In this document: one piece after another, positions 37,680-51,420 of the stretch
How positions within the stretch are numbered: position 1 is the stretch's first letter
How the letters are laid out: every line of letters starts with the position of its first letter
Assembly (NCBI GenBank): GCA_013265495.1
Contig: MU057880.1
Location: 1,518,527 to 1,582,526, forward strand
Direction: 5' to 3'
DNA length: 64,000 nucleotides
Origin: Vicugna vicugna
Lineage: Eukaryota
Translations under genes and position numbers: made by a program
Notes under the pieces: model-generated
Told to the model about the DNA's origin: nothing
What the model saw: only the letters and a program-made list of their open reading frames with translations
Databases searched by the model: none

Positions 37680-38790
37680 CAGCATAACATTTCTGCCCTT
37701 TTTCATTCAGCATGATGTTGCTGATGTTTCATTAGTCTGTTTATAGCTCAGTAGCAGTCCATTGCACCACATATTATAGCACGCTTACTTCCTTGCTGAC
37801 CAATATATGCCTTGCTTCCAGTTTTTAGCAATTATAAATGAAGTTGAAATAAACATTTTGATATAAGTTTTAGTTTGGCCATCATTTTTCATTTCTCTTG
37901 GATAAAGCCTAAGAGTGAAACTGCTGGGTCAGACATAAAGGTTTCTCTTGATGAGAAACTGCCCAACTGTTTTGGAAAGTCACTGTATCATTAAATTTCC
38001 CCACCAGCAATGTAGGTGTTCCATGGAATTGACAATGTTCATTCTCACAGATTTTAATCATAGCCATTAGTGTGTGCATACAGTTGTATTTCATTGAAGT
38101 TTTGCCTTACTTTTCCAACTAAAGATGTTAAATAGCTTTTCTATGATTATTTACATTTCCCATATCTTAAGAACTATCCTTAAATTTTTGCTAATTTTTA
38201 AAATTTCATTACTATCATTGAGTTGTAAAAGTTCTTTTTGTATTTGATTATATTTTAATATTCTAAATACTGGTGCTTTGTCATATGTAAATTCTGTGCT
38301 ATTTTGTGGTTTGCATTTTCATTTTGTTAATCATGTCTCTAGAAGGTTTCTTTTTATAAACTTCAGTGTATTATTATTATTTTTCTCTTTTGGTTCATGC
38401 TTCTAGTATCCTATCTAAGAAATCTTTGGTTATCTATTGCTGAAAATATTTTCACATTTTTTCTACACATTTTAAAAATTTAACTTTTACAGTTAGTTCT
38501 ATGACTCATTTCAAGAAAAAATTCATGTATGATACAGATGAACATTGGATTTATATTTTCAGTATTGATATCCTGTTGTTGAAGCCTCACTTCTTGAAAT
38601 GATTTCACTTTCCCTTGGAATTACCTTGACCCATTTGTCAAAATTCAACTGCTCATTTTTGTATGTTTATTAATGAACTCTCAGTTCTACTGATCTATAT
38701 GTTTCTTGGCCAAACTTACACAATCTTGATTATTATAACATTACAGTAAGTCTTGAAGTAGGTAACATATTTCCAATTTGTGGTGTAGTT
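37680..38790 (-). mobile_element. Old L1 (L1MB/MC-type) ORF2 end and 3'UTR
   Basis: CATTTCTCTTGGATAAAGCCTAAGAGTGAAACTGCTGGGTCA, TTTCCCCACCAGCAATGTAGG, CTTGATTATTATAACATTACAGTAAGTCTTGAAG. Confidence 0.8.
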
Positions 38791-39595
38791 TTGTAATACC
38801 GTCTCCTTCCCAGACATTTTAACTCCATCTGCTTGTGTGAAGACTGTGGGGAGAACCGAAGAGGCTGTGCTGTGGTTCTGACTCACATGGAGAAGATGAC
38901 ACCCAAATGGAACCAAGGACTCAGCAAGAACAAGAAATCAGAACAGTAGAAAAACATGAGAAGTCAAGCAAGCCCTTGCCATCTGTAATGAGATGGGTTT
39001 CTGCTCAATGAGTGGACGGGTTTTCATGAACAGATATCACATCATACGAAGTCTACTCTGTTTTAAAAAGTGCTTTTGGAACTTAGCGATATTTTCCTGA
39101 ACCCCCCAAAAACCCTGAAGATGGTCACTTCTGTAATATATTTGCAAGTTTTACAGGTGAAAAAATGACTGGTTTCAATTCACAATTCTTTGGTTTCTCA
39201 CGAAGTAGAGATTTTTATGCATGATGTTTGTCAGCCATTTCTGGGAAAAGTTCTAAACAAGCCAGGCCTACACATAAATATAATAAAAAATTAGGATTGA
39301 AAGAGATATTAGCTAGATAACTTCTCAGCTATAAGACTAACCATACTAAACTATAGTTTTTACACTTTTGATTCAGTTAGGAACAAAATATACTAGGATT
39401 AAGTAAAAGAGGGGTTTTCAGTATATACCAGTCATAATGAAATCAGGATCATTTTACAACCACCTAGAGGACTTTCAATAAATACCAATATAGGTTCCTA
39501 TATTCCAAAAATCTAGTGTGTGACCTAGTCATTTGTATTAAAAACCTCTCTGGTATTTAAGTGTCCCATGAAGGTTGAGAATTGTATACTGTATT

Positions 39596-39628
39596 GATAG
39601 ACAGACAGATAGATAGATAGACAGATAG
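39596..39628 (+). repeat. (GATA)/(GACA) microsatellite
   Basis: Directly visible. Confidence 0.9.
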
Positions 39629-42600
39629 AACTATATATCTGTATATACAAATATACCAACTATATCTGAGGTCAACTAATACAAACGTTGGCCATTATTT
39701 ATCAACATCATGTGCAACAATCCTCTTGGTCTTGATTCCACAATTTTCCTTAGTGAATGTCATGTTTATCACTTTCATAATAAAAATTACCACGTTCAAT
39801 TTCATCTTTTGTTGACATTTCAGACTCTGCTTATTTCTACTTTTCATGGGGGAGAAACATCTTTAGAAGCCGGAACACAGGACGACATCTCAGCTGTGGG
39901 CACTTTCAGAGAGTGGAGCTCTACTTAAACCATCAAGGAATGACGGGGCCCTAAACTCCGTTGACGCCTGGCTGCTAGTGTTGACTGTTAAGAGCTCAGA
40001 GGAAGGAGTTATTGTGGATTTCTAAGCTTCTCCGAATCAGTGCTTAATATTTGCCTTCTTTTTATTTGCTGTGAGCACCCTGAAAGTCATTTTAATCTTT
40101 TTTTTTTAAGTGTAGTGTGTTAGCACATTTCGTATCCAAGTTAAAATGTGATTTTAAAAAATTTCCGGACTTTTGATTACACCTGCATCTTCAGGGGCAT
40201 GAATAATTAATTGGCAAGCAACTGCCCACACTAACATCCCAACCTCAGGACCAGCCTATTAGACTACGTGAAAAGTGGAGCACAGGACTCTCCAACCCAC
40301 TGGTGTGACTTCTCAAGGGAAAAGAAAATACTGCCATAGAAATGGCTCTTCTGGTTCTGTTTCTTAATCTGTTACCTGCCTTCAGCACCTTCACCTAGAT
40401 TCTAATTAGGTCTTCATGCCGGGTTCTTCTCCTTGGAGACAGAGTGTTTTATTTTCTCTGGCCTGTTAGCCATCACCAAGAAGACATGAAGGATCACTCT
40501 GCCCTCCTTCTCTCAGACCTACTTTCCTTTCACTTCTTTACAAAGTAGTATTTTTGGTTTTGTCATTTATAACCTGGCGCTGTGGCTAGTTACACCCCAA
40601 GGGATGCTTGCGTTATTAATGGGTGTGGTGTACCCTGATTTCTCATTGTTAACATTGCAAATTATTCTTTTGAAAAGAGGAAAGCAATTTCCCCTGCTAT
40701 GTGGTTCTTCTAAGAGTAGCTGGGTTGAGTTTACAATATTGAAAAAGAAAAATAAATATATATTAACGTAATCGTTGGTGGGTCTGTTTGACCAGATGAA
40801 ATTGGACACTAAGGCAGAGTCTCATAAAACCATGACTTGTGTTCTCAGAGGCTTATGTAATATGTGAATGTAATACTGTTGATTCTATTTCTAGTTCAAG
40901 CCACTTACTGGATTTCCAAGAGTAACTGAAAAGCTCTTTATAAAGCTTCATGCAACAATATTAAACATAACAATATCTAAGGTAGTGAGTAATAGTAAGT
41001 TCAATTTTCATACTCAAAGTACTCTAAGTACTAAAGAAAAAAACTATAAATTTGAAACGTAAATTTAAAAACTTCACTTAGGTCATGTATCTAAACCAGG
41101 AACTTACACCGTTTGGTGTGAAAAAGCTAGGTTTACACAGGCTTTATCTGTTCCCTCACCACCAGCATAATCAAAGTGGAATAAATGATATCATTACACA
41201 CAACATATTCTATGACAATTTTTTTACATCAGAAAAGGTAGGACACATTTTAAGATTGGGAAATTTCAAAGAGAGAGACTTGAAGACTTACTCTGATACT
41301 AATATTTATCAACACTTCTTTTTTTAGAAATGATATGTTTCTTGATAAATAATGACCTCGTTGGATTTCTGAGGTCATTGGTACGATGGACTTAGACTCC
41401 ACTTGCCTGGGTAGACTCTGTTTATATTAAGCGATATGGAGTTGGTTGCTATAATTAAAGTGTATTCTGGATGTAACCTCATGCAGCGTCTAGAGGAGGG
41501 GGTGCTGAAGGGGTCCGCTGCTCTCTCTGTTGCCTGGAGATATTCTAGACCCCAGTGTTTTGTCATGGTCAATACAGAATGCTGTTTTTTAAAGATGATG
41601 CCATGGAAAACCATTTTTACTTACACTTTCCTTTTTCCTGCTCACTCTTTTGAGTTTTTTGAGATCCCCTTTGTAAACTATTTTCATAACCTTCCATCTT
41701 TCAAAACAGCTGATTCCTGTGCTGTCAAATTTTTCAAAACCTGAGGTGATAACTTCCACAATCTTCTGAAATCTCTGAAAAATTCCCTGAGAAATCTGTC
41801 ACTTGCTCAACCCTGAAATGAAACTCCATCCAGAACCAGTACTTTGCTAGAGGAATTGGAAAAGAAAAGTGATCCACTCCCCCTAACTAACCTGCAGCTC
41901 TTCCAACTCACAGAATGCCTCAGAACAGGTTAAGATCGGAATCTCTTTAAAAATAAGATCTTGTACACTGAGTGGAGATTGTGTACTAGTCAGTTGAAAA
42001 CGTATTTTCTCAGTAGGGATTTGAATAATTTTTTTAAGAAACTTAATTAAATAGTTTGTAATTTTCCACTGGAAAAAAAAATGTTCACATCAATTCATGG
42101 AGTGTTGTTTCACTTCAAGGAGGCAGAATCCTGTGACTTGCAGGTGTTCATTCTCTCTATCCAGAATGTTAAATACGTCCTTATTTCTGTGTTGGAATGA
42201 AAAGCTTCTCGGTGATCCGTTTGGTTTCTATGACTGAGTCAAAGCAGGGAACATTTCTGCTAAGAGGACGGCTAGCTTGCGCCCACATGCCTCTAAAATT
42301 CCACAGCTCGCATTCAATTACAGGGAAGTTCCGATGAAAAGAAAATGACGTCCACTCTAATGGGTAGGATCTCCAACAGCACCTAACCCAACAGAGCATG
42401 CGAGTTGCTGACTATTGACTGATGCTGGCTGCGGTAGCCTAACAATGAAACCTTTTTTCCATCAGCTCACAAGATTTGCGTCACGTTTCTCTTCCAAGAC
42501 AATGCCATTGCATCATGGCAGTGATGAAAAGAGTGGAAGGTTGGTTGCCATTAGAAATAGCCATGTTCCCATTTAGCTGTAACATTTTAGTTCAAGTAGC

Positions 42601-42954
42601 TAAGAGATATGCAAACTAAGTGGATCAAACATGATTCTGACGAGACAGTGAACAGGGCTGCCTGTGACCTAGGCAGTCTCTGAGGTCCATCACTTCAGGG
42701 ACTACCTGTCCCAAAATTGGGACATTTTAGGGGCAGTACGAAGCTAGGCAGCTCCCTAATATGAACCAGGTATTCACCAACAATGAAACACTAACGCCGT
42801 AATATTGCTAATCCAGTACTACTCCTGGGGCATGTTGGCTTGGATGCATCATACCGAGTGCTTCTATAGCCCCTCTTCCCATTTTTTTCTGAAACAGTAA
42901 TTGAATTGTGAACCCAGAGGGCTGAGACTTTTTTGTGACTCTACTACTCATTCA

Positions 42955-43275
42955 TAATAAAAGCTGATAAGAGTATTTAATAAGGATCTTTAGGTGCTAA
43001 GTCCTTTAATACACAGTCACATTCAACCATCAGAACCACCCTGATGTGTTTCCAGTGCCCAGAACAGCACCTGTCACGAGGCAGGCATCCATCAACATTC
43101 AGCAATGAACACACATGCTGGGGAAAGATACAGTGACCCCACTCTACAGATGAGGATGCCGGGAGTAAAGAGATGGAGGAACTTGCCTGGTTTTATCCTC
43201 TCCCACCAGGAATCAGAGGCAGGATTGGAAGACGAGTCTATCAGGTTGACTCCAAAGCTCATGTTCTGACCCTCC
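42955..43275 (-). mobile_element. MIR SINE interrupted by a short L2 3'-end piece
   Basis: CCCACTCTACAGATGAGGATGCCG...GACTCCAAAGCTCATGTTCT. Inset CCAGTGCCCAGAACAGCACCTGTCAC...CAGCAATGAA. Confidence 0.6.
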
Positions 43276-43554
43276 AGCCACAGCATCCTCCGTTCTCTGA
43301 CCCTCAGCTTGTTATTAGGAAAGTAAAAATACCTACCACATGCCTCTTAAGGTCCTTTCCAAATTAAATGCAAATATGTTTAAGAAATCAATGTCCAGTC
43401 TTTGAAGAATTAACATCAAACACAGACTTGCGATGTGGATACAGGTACTGACAGTTGGTCTGCGGGTTTTCACCTTTAAAACTTGGCAGTTTTGCTGGAT
43501 TTAGGGCTGACTGTAACAGGTGAACCACACGTCCTTCCTGCTGTAGATTTATAT

Positions 43555-43915
43555 TATACACGCTCACGTCTGTAGTTCCAATGCCCAAACAGCTCTGAAA
43601 ACCAAACCTGCTTAAACTCGTTTGGCTGTGAATCCTGGCCTGACTCGAACTTATTTGCCTGCAGATACCAACCTGACCTGACGTGAGACAGTTCCCAGCG
43701 TTTATTTATCACACTTGTGAATATTCGTTTGCTTTGCTGCCAAAATCTGAGTGTAGGTGGCCATGAGGTCCTGTATCCCCTCCTTGAGGTGAGGGGGCTA
43801 GGACATTAACACCATGTACAAGTGTGCAATGTTGATCTGTCTATAAGTCTAAAAAATCTGAATTCTAAAGCACATCTGGCCAAAAGGTTTTGGGAGGAGG
43901 GATGGAGGGCGTGTT
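43555..43915. mobile_element. TcMar-Tigger MITE (MER46C-like)
   Basis: AGCTCTGAAAACCAAA, ACCTGACCTGACGTGAG, TTTATTTATCACACTTGTGAATATTC, AAAAAATCTGAATTCTAAAGCACATCTGGCC. Confidence 0.65.
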
Positions 43916-45185
43916 CATGTGCCACTGACTAAAGTTGTACTCAGTGGAGGAATAAAGCCAGGGACAAGCAAACATTCAGTTTTAAGAAGGTGCTGGTCTT
44001 CAGATACCAACACATCCCCTGTAGAATCAGGTTTCCTTGTGTGTATAAAGGAAGATCGCCAGAACATAATTCAGACAGAAACACTGCTACCCAAGATGGT
44101 ACACCCTTCGTGATAAACTCTGGCACTTTGGAGGCACAAGTTCAAGGTGGCGTCCTGGGCAGCGACAAGGTCATTGTAGCACTGGCTACACCTGGAGCGA
44201 CCCCAGACGCTTCCGCACATGCCCAGCCATTTTTTGGACATGGCTACATTCTGTTTCTAACTTTTGCTTGTATTTCCCCCTGTTCCTGTCCTAGTTTCAG
44301 AGCAATCAGAGCATTTAAAGGCAGCATAACGAACAGAGAGAGAGAGAGAGAAAGGAATTACCACCCGGAAACTATATACGACCTCCTGATTTTAATAGTT
44401 TTTTAACTGATGTTATCTTATTGCGTAGTCACGTAAAACAAGTAGAGAAGGAAGGAGAGCTGTCCCATGGCTCAGTTTAACAGATGGCAAAGCTCACGGT
44501 CCTAGGGGCTAAGTGACCAGTCACTGTCACCCGCTATTCAGTGATAGGAGACAAGACTCTAGATTCTGAGTGAAGTGAATTTTCCAGTTACCACAATGAC
44601 TCTGGAACTTAACTTTCATCCCTTCACTAAGGCTACCCCTAGGATATTTCTCTTTTCTAATCGATGTTATATAAACACCATGCCCAGCATTCCACAAATG
44701 CCATGGCAACAAATAAGAGAAAAATTATATAAAATGATATTGCAGTATGACTCACAAGATTGCCTGATTGCATCCCTGAATGTTTTTCTGAGGCTATTCA
44801 AGATAGATGACAAAGGTCCTAAAATGACACTGTTGACATTCCTACATATCTTCTTTGAGAATTTGGAGGCTGGCCAGGCATTCATTTGGATACTGCTGGG
44901 ACTGAGGCTGTAGCTTATAAACTGGGTCACAGCATGCGCCTGAGATGGCTTAGAGATGCTGTGGGCCTTGACGGCGCTGAGCAGAGGGGCTTCCTGTACG
45001 CTGGCTGACTTCAATGGTCCCCTGCTAGCCTCCACGCAGCACTCAGAGTCTCAGGCAACTACGTGCCTGTCCTTCAGGGTCCCTAAGAGTCAGCTCTTCC
45101 TTTGTAAGTCTTTAGCCTTCTTCCTTGTTTGTTTTTAACTGACAGTACAGAAATGCAGCAATTTCTGTATCTTTTTTGAATAGGT

Positions 45186-45553
45186 TATTATTTGACGAAA
45201 TTGTCCTCTCCACGTCTCCCTGTTGAAGCCCTGACCTCTGATGTGATGGCATTTGGAGACGGGCATTTGGAAGGTAATCATGGGGTGTTGCGAGTAGGAC
45301 CTTCATGATGGCCCCAACGCCCTGAGAGAGGGAGACACTAGAGAGCTTGCTGTCTCTTCTCTCTGCACCGTGTGAGGGCACAGCGAGAAGGTGGCCCTCT
45401 GTGAGCCAGGAAGAAAGTCCTCCCCGGACTCGGACCACACTGGTACCCTGATCTTAGACTCCCCAGCCTCCAGAACTGTGAGGAAATAAATTTTTATTGT
45501 TTAAGCCACCCAGCCTGTGGGGTCTGATCACAGCAGCTCAAGCTCACAAAGTC
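45186..45553 (+). mobile_element. MaLR solo LTR (MLT1A/B-like)
   Basis: TGTTGAAGCCCTGACC..GATGGCATTTGGAG...CCAGCCTCCAGAACTGTGAGGAAATAAATTTTTATTGTTTAAGCCACCCAG. Confidence 0.88.
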
Positions 45554-47769
45554 TTGGTAGTTACAGCATTTAACTGCCATCTCATGGGAGTCACCAACTT
45601 GCGCGCTAAGTGGAAGACCACTAGAATTTCTAGATTTAAAAAGACCTCCTCCAGCCTCTCAAAATGAAGAACCCAAAAATCATCCCCAGTTGAGAACCAC
45701 TGGCCTATGGCAAGAAAGGAGAATACTGGAAGGCAGCTTATGGAGAAGGCTATAGGATGTTTGTCTAAAAGTCTAACTGATGCAAGGAATAAATTCGCAA
45801 AAAAATGTTTAAAAAACAGTATTTTTATTTTTATTTATTTATTTTTTTTGCCTAGGACTCCAGATAATTAATGCCTTTCTATGCTTCGAAATTGGGCATG
45901 AGTTCGACTGAAGTATTTGTTAAGCACTTAACTCCTATTTCATGGTGTACGTTTCCTAGATATGGCAAGAAAATGCCATGTGGTGGATTGGGAAGGAACA
46001 CTTTACTATGTTGTATGTGGAGGACAATTTAACTGAGGGTCCACTGTCTTTTAGTATCAAGTTGTAGAGGAAAAGCTAACTTTTCCCTAAAAAAATGTTT
46101 TGGATGTTTCCAAGTTACGTGATCTCTCCTGAGACAGATGTTCGGTCAATTAAAGTCCAACTTCCTCCCCAGTTGTTTCCCTCCTCCAGTGCTTCCTGGG
46201 ATGCCGTCTGAAGCTGGGTGGCTTGCTGCATCCTCACTGCCGTGGAGAGAGGGGTCCTTCCATCCACTTCTGAGGAGGTGGACACCCTTGTTCTGCCTCA
46301 TCACCGAGCTCCTTGTATTCCTTTGTCGCTAAGTCTGTGGCGGGTGGTCTGTTGCATCTGCCCTGGGTACAGTCAGGGTCAGTCGGTGTGTCCTTGCTGA
46401 CTCGGTCCCCCCTTCCTTTTTTCCTGGGTCTTTGTCATGTGCATCGTGGTCCATGCACCTCCCGCACACGACAGTCCCATGGCAGACCTATGGCTCCCAG
46501 TTCCACAGAAGACCTCCTGGAGGGTACAGGGAAAGCCTGCCTTCAGGCTGCATGATGGGACAGGATACTGATCACATCCTTGCAAAGAGGTCCTGGGCGA
46601 AAAAGAGATCATTTGAGATGGTGTGGCCAAGTCTTTTGAAAGCACAGTTTGATGCCAGCCACACACAGTTTTCATAATACTGGAACACATCATGTAAATG
46701 CTGATGCGAAGAAGTATTTAGTGACTATGTAAAAATTCAAGGCCTCCCTTGTGGATGCATGTTTGATTAGAAGTTAATGAATATTTTCTTCTTTTACCAA
46801 CTGTCACAACAAACCTCGAAACTTAAATAACATCAGAAATATATGCTTTGGTACCCCCTTGTCAACTGTGTTTAAAAAGCCCTAAGCTTATATTTTTTAA
46901 AAAGCTCTATCTAAGCCATTCTAAGGGCTAGAATAATCTCTGCCTTTACAACTTCATGAGAGGAAGTTTTTCATTTTTGAGTTACATTATTCTGCTGGAT
47001 TGACTTTACCCTGAAAATTATAAATTAAAAATGTCTAGAATCTTAAAAGAATTCTTTATTTCTGAGTTTCTCCTAAATAGGAAGATAACTGTTATTGTTG
47101 AAATGATACCTGGTTGGTTGACACGAGGCCCATGTCTTCAGTTGTGCTTCTGCTCTGATTGTCTTTCTTTCCTCCATTTCCAGTCATTTGCTCCTGAGAT
47201 AAACATTAAACAAGTTCCCTGTTAACGTAATTATATCTTGAATAACCTTCATGCTTCCTATGTTGATAAATTTTGATTGATTCTGATCAATATTCTCCCT
47301 GTTCAAAGTATCTATTTTTAACAACAAAAAGAGCAGCAGCAGCAAAAAACAAAAGCAAATAAACAACAATAACAACAAAAAAAAAACCTTTGCCTCAACA
47401 GGAAAACACTAGAGCCGGCACAAATCCTGAGATTGTCCGGTCAGTCTTTGGATGGGAGGAAGCCGCATTGACAGCTCTGATTATTCAGTGAATAAGTCTT
47501 TGCCAATCAGATGCTAGAAGAAACAGGGTTCTTAACTCTAGGTTTCTTAACTCTTGGTCCATTGCTGTTGCTTTACGATCTTAAGATCAATCTTAAATGT
47601 AAATTAGAGATATTAGTGAAGCCTTTTTGGAAGGATATTCCCATGTTTGTGAATTTGGAAGTTGCTACTCGGAACAAGTCATCTCATTCATGGTGCACAG
47701 AGGACGTGCTACATATCAGACCTGCACAAAGCACTTGTCTTCGCTCAGCTCCTTTACGTCTAAGAGCAG

Positions 47770-47915
47770 CCCGATGATGGCATCATTGCTCTTATTACTT
47801 CTACTTGATAGATAAAGAATCAGAGGCTCAGACAGGCAAAGCAACGTATCTGAAGTCCCACTGTGAGTGAGTGATGCAGCAGAATTTGAACGCAGACTGC
47901 TGGCTTCCCGAGCAC
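47770..47915 (-). mobile_element. MIR SINE
   Basis: GATAAAGAATCAGAGGCTCAGACAGG...GCAGCAGAATTTGAACGCAG..CTGGCTTCC. Confidence 0.7.
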
Positions 47916-50237
47916 GTGGACTGGGTGACTTTCTCCTGGGAGGTCGAAGCTGGCCACAGCTGCTCCACTTGTTTGTTTGAGCCTACAAAACTGGGAATTC
48001 TGTAATTTACCCTGTGCCTTTTCTACAGTGCTTATTAAATAAACTTAGCTCCATCACTGTGACTCGCCTCTACTGAATTGAATGATTTTCAGGAATGACT
48101 TTTCCCTGCTAAACTCCGGGCTGCAAATTGCTTTCCTGCTTTGACCTCCCACGGTCTCTTTTTTCCCACCATTCCCTTGTCTTAATAGATTTTATCTTGT
48201 GTTGTAGGTATCTTTATACACATCTTTGTATATGTTTGTATTGTATACATCATTACAAATCTCTTTATAACTTTTTTTTGAACAAAGCAAGACACAAAGA
48301 AATAGAAAACAAATAAATAAATGATACAACCTCAAATCACCTCCCTGAAAAGCTAGAATAATGCAGGTTGGTAATTCATGAATCCAGGGTGAACCGTGGG
48401 CTGTCCAGAAGCAGACATGGAAAAAGCCCCAGCCTATCCAAACACCAGGCTCTACCAGATGGGAAGTATAATCAGGGCTCATGGCAGGGGGAACAGGGCG
48501 GTTCCGGGTGGTGCCCAGCGCTTCACTCTAGCGGGACACTTACTGACTCACAAAGGCATAAATTCGCCAGACACCGCTACTGGATGACTTCCGGTTTTTT
48601 GACTACAGTGGCTCTTCTATCGGAAACCCAAAGAGAAAACACTGGTTAACTCAAGTAAACAAAAAAATCATTGAAACCATTCACTGTGTTTTATAAGAAG
48701 AATTGTGTCAAACAGACAATGCATTGCCCAGGTGTTTGCCTGGCTTTTGGACACTGTGTGAATTTCTGATCTTAATAATTTGGAACCAATGGCAAATATC
48801 CTTATAAATATAGAATAGCAGGTTAAATTATTCCATGGGTTTCACCACATCAGGATAATGAAAAACATTCATATTCTGTTATATAAAATCTTATGAGATG
48901 TATTTTAATGCCGCTTGTAGATATTTGTTTTAAGAAGAAAGTAATTTTCCAATATTTTATTTACCAAATGATGTTAAAAATGGATTTTTGTATACTGTAT
49001 TATTCTATTTCTCTTTCTTCTTGCTAAGAGTCAGTCTAAAATAACAACTGAATAATAAACTCTTCATGGTGAAGTAAGTCTCTCTAGATTCCCATAATGA
49101 GATCTCCAAAGGTAATTTTATTCTTCATCTGAAAAATTGATATATTTTTAGACAATCAGGGTAAATTTGGAAATTCGGCAGTATCCATTAGACTAAAATA
49201 TTTTCTTGGTGTCTGTTTCTTAAATTCTGTAAACCAAAAAGCAAATTTAAGCCTTACAATCTCAGGTTTGTGTGTAGAAATAGAAACCACTTTATTTCCA
49301 ATTTTAGTAAAAATATTTATAAAGGATGCTGTAACTCTTATCTTTGAAAACAAGTAGGTTTCAGCTGGAATAATAATATGTTAATTAAATTGAAATTGAC
49401 TAAGTCAGACAACACTATATATTTGCTAGTGCTTCAGTTTTCATCAGGAGAAGAATGAATATGCTTTAGTATTCAGCTGCCACCACCATGTTTGGCTCCG
49501 TGGCTGTGCTGTGGAAAGAGAAACAACAGAAAGGGCCGTCTGTCTGCTCTCTCCACATTTAGCAGAGAAATCAGTATCTCCCAGAGCAGCAGGATTATAT
49601 CTTCACTGTCAAACACAGTTGCCCAATTCTCCGCTCCAGATTTTTTTTTTATAATATTCTACTTTGGAGTGCTAAAATGTTGAAATATGTAAAATAGGCA
49701 AACATGTCCATTTGGAAGGCACAATGCAAACAAAAGATAAACAGATTCTATTTAGCACTGTAGCATTACCAGTTGAACTCATCTCACTTGCTACAGACAT
49801 GATCTTTATTAATAACGGAATCAGAATGAATTATCCAAAAAAGTTTCCAAACACAGTACTTAGATCTACACAGCGAGAACATTTTGTTACTTTCCTCCCC
49901 TTGACCAATTGGATGCTCTCTTAGATTATGCCAACAGACCACAGTAGTCTTTTTAGACAGCCAGTGAAAACCAATTATGCAGTTAAAACTAACAATGCCA
50001 GCCCAGGAGCGTGCTTAAAAATACTACCTTTAAAATATCCTGATGGTCACAACTTCAGTGCTGGGAAACAAGCCACCGGAAAACAAGCATCTAGAAAACA
50101 AGCCGCACCTAAATTTCCATGAGCTTAAACTATTATATTCACACTTACTTGCTTAAAATGCACATGCTTGCTTTGTTTTAATGTTCTACATACTAGATGA
50201 CCTACAGCATTATGTACGTATTTTGCTAAAGAAAATT

Positions 50238-50739
50238 TGTAAGGAGAAATCCTGAGATTGACCATAAGAGCATGAAACAGGGCAGATATTTCCTTAGGGT
50301 GAAACAGTGGACGTCCTGGAGAGCCAGATCATCCATTAACAGAACTTTGTTCTGGCATGAAAGCATGCAGTTTAACCCAGGGGAAGTATTTGCTATCTCG
50401 AGATGTCCCGGAAGCAGTAACAGGATAGACTTAGAAAGTTTGCATCCCCCGAGGAGGGTGATTGTTCCTGCAAGGGATAGGCCTGAAATTAATCAGTTAA
50501 CCAGCAAGCAGAACTTCGTGCTTATCGCAGGAAATGTCTAAAGCCCCACCACTTTGACCACATTTTTTTCTGATCTGTGTACTCCTAATAAATGTGATGT
50601 CGACCAGGCTTTCGGAGCTCTAGATCCACGAGATCTTGAGTCCCCTGGTCCCATCTTTATTCTTTACTTTGTCTCTTTGTTTCTTAAGTCTTGTGTCGCC
50701 CGTCCTCAGACACAGTCCTGAGCTGTGCTGGACACAGCA
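50238..50739 (+). mobile_element. Probable ERV2/ERVK-class solo LTR
   Basis: TGTAAGGAG...AATAAA...pyrimidine-rich U5...GAGCTGTGCTGGACACAGCA, ~500 bp, CpGs retained. No matching TSD or PBS seen. Confidence 0.6.
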
Positions 50740-51420
50740 CTTCAGGGCAATTTAGGAAGTACCTTCATCTCCAGTCCAGTCTGAAAATTAGCCTTCCTGT
50801 CCCAAAAGTTAAATTTGAGAAACTTTTCCCACTAGCAGAAAGTGGGTCAGAAAACAGAAACAGTGGAGAGGACACAGAAGACAGACCATATGAGCCATAT
50901 ACACAAAAAAGGGAGGTTGCCCCGGGCTGCTGACAATAGACCGACACAAATACCATTTACAGGTGTCACAGCATGGATGCAGACTTACTTTCCCTGACAC
51001 TTTTCACTCTTTGATTGACTCATTCTGAAGGGAACAAAAACAGTTTTTTAAGGTACTGTAAAATACCTACTATTGAATCTTTCCATTAGAAATACGTGAA
51101 ATAGACTCTGAGAAGCCTTAACGGGTGGAGCTGGGTGGGTCTGAAAAATCTCTGTATTTTTAGAACTTTTTGCCCAAGACTAGCTGGGGTTATAGTTAGG
51201 GGAAGATGATGCAAATATGCGATTTTTATTCTGCCAGTTTCTGGGTAGTAACTATCCCTTTTCCCGTGTATACAACATGCTGAATTTGTGCAGACACCAA
51301 ACCTGTGTCTAGAGGGGCTTGGCTCTGTGCAGTGAACAGGGTGGAAATCAGAGTCACTCGGTGGTCTCTGCAGTGGCTGATCATTCACAGACACAGAGGG
51401 ACCAGGCCTGTCCTCCTCCT

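Noticed and set aside
46138..46693. Cluster of overlapping ORFs in GC-richer sequence as an exon or pseudogene
   Set aside because: No translation resembles a protein I recognise and there is no convincing splice or tail structure. A BLASTX search would settle it.
49480..49563. Kozak-like GCCACCACCATG micro-ORF (24 codons)
   Set aside because: Short, no recognisable product or promoter, and expected by chance.
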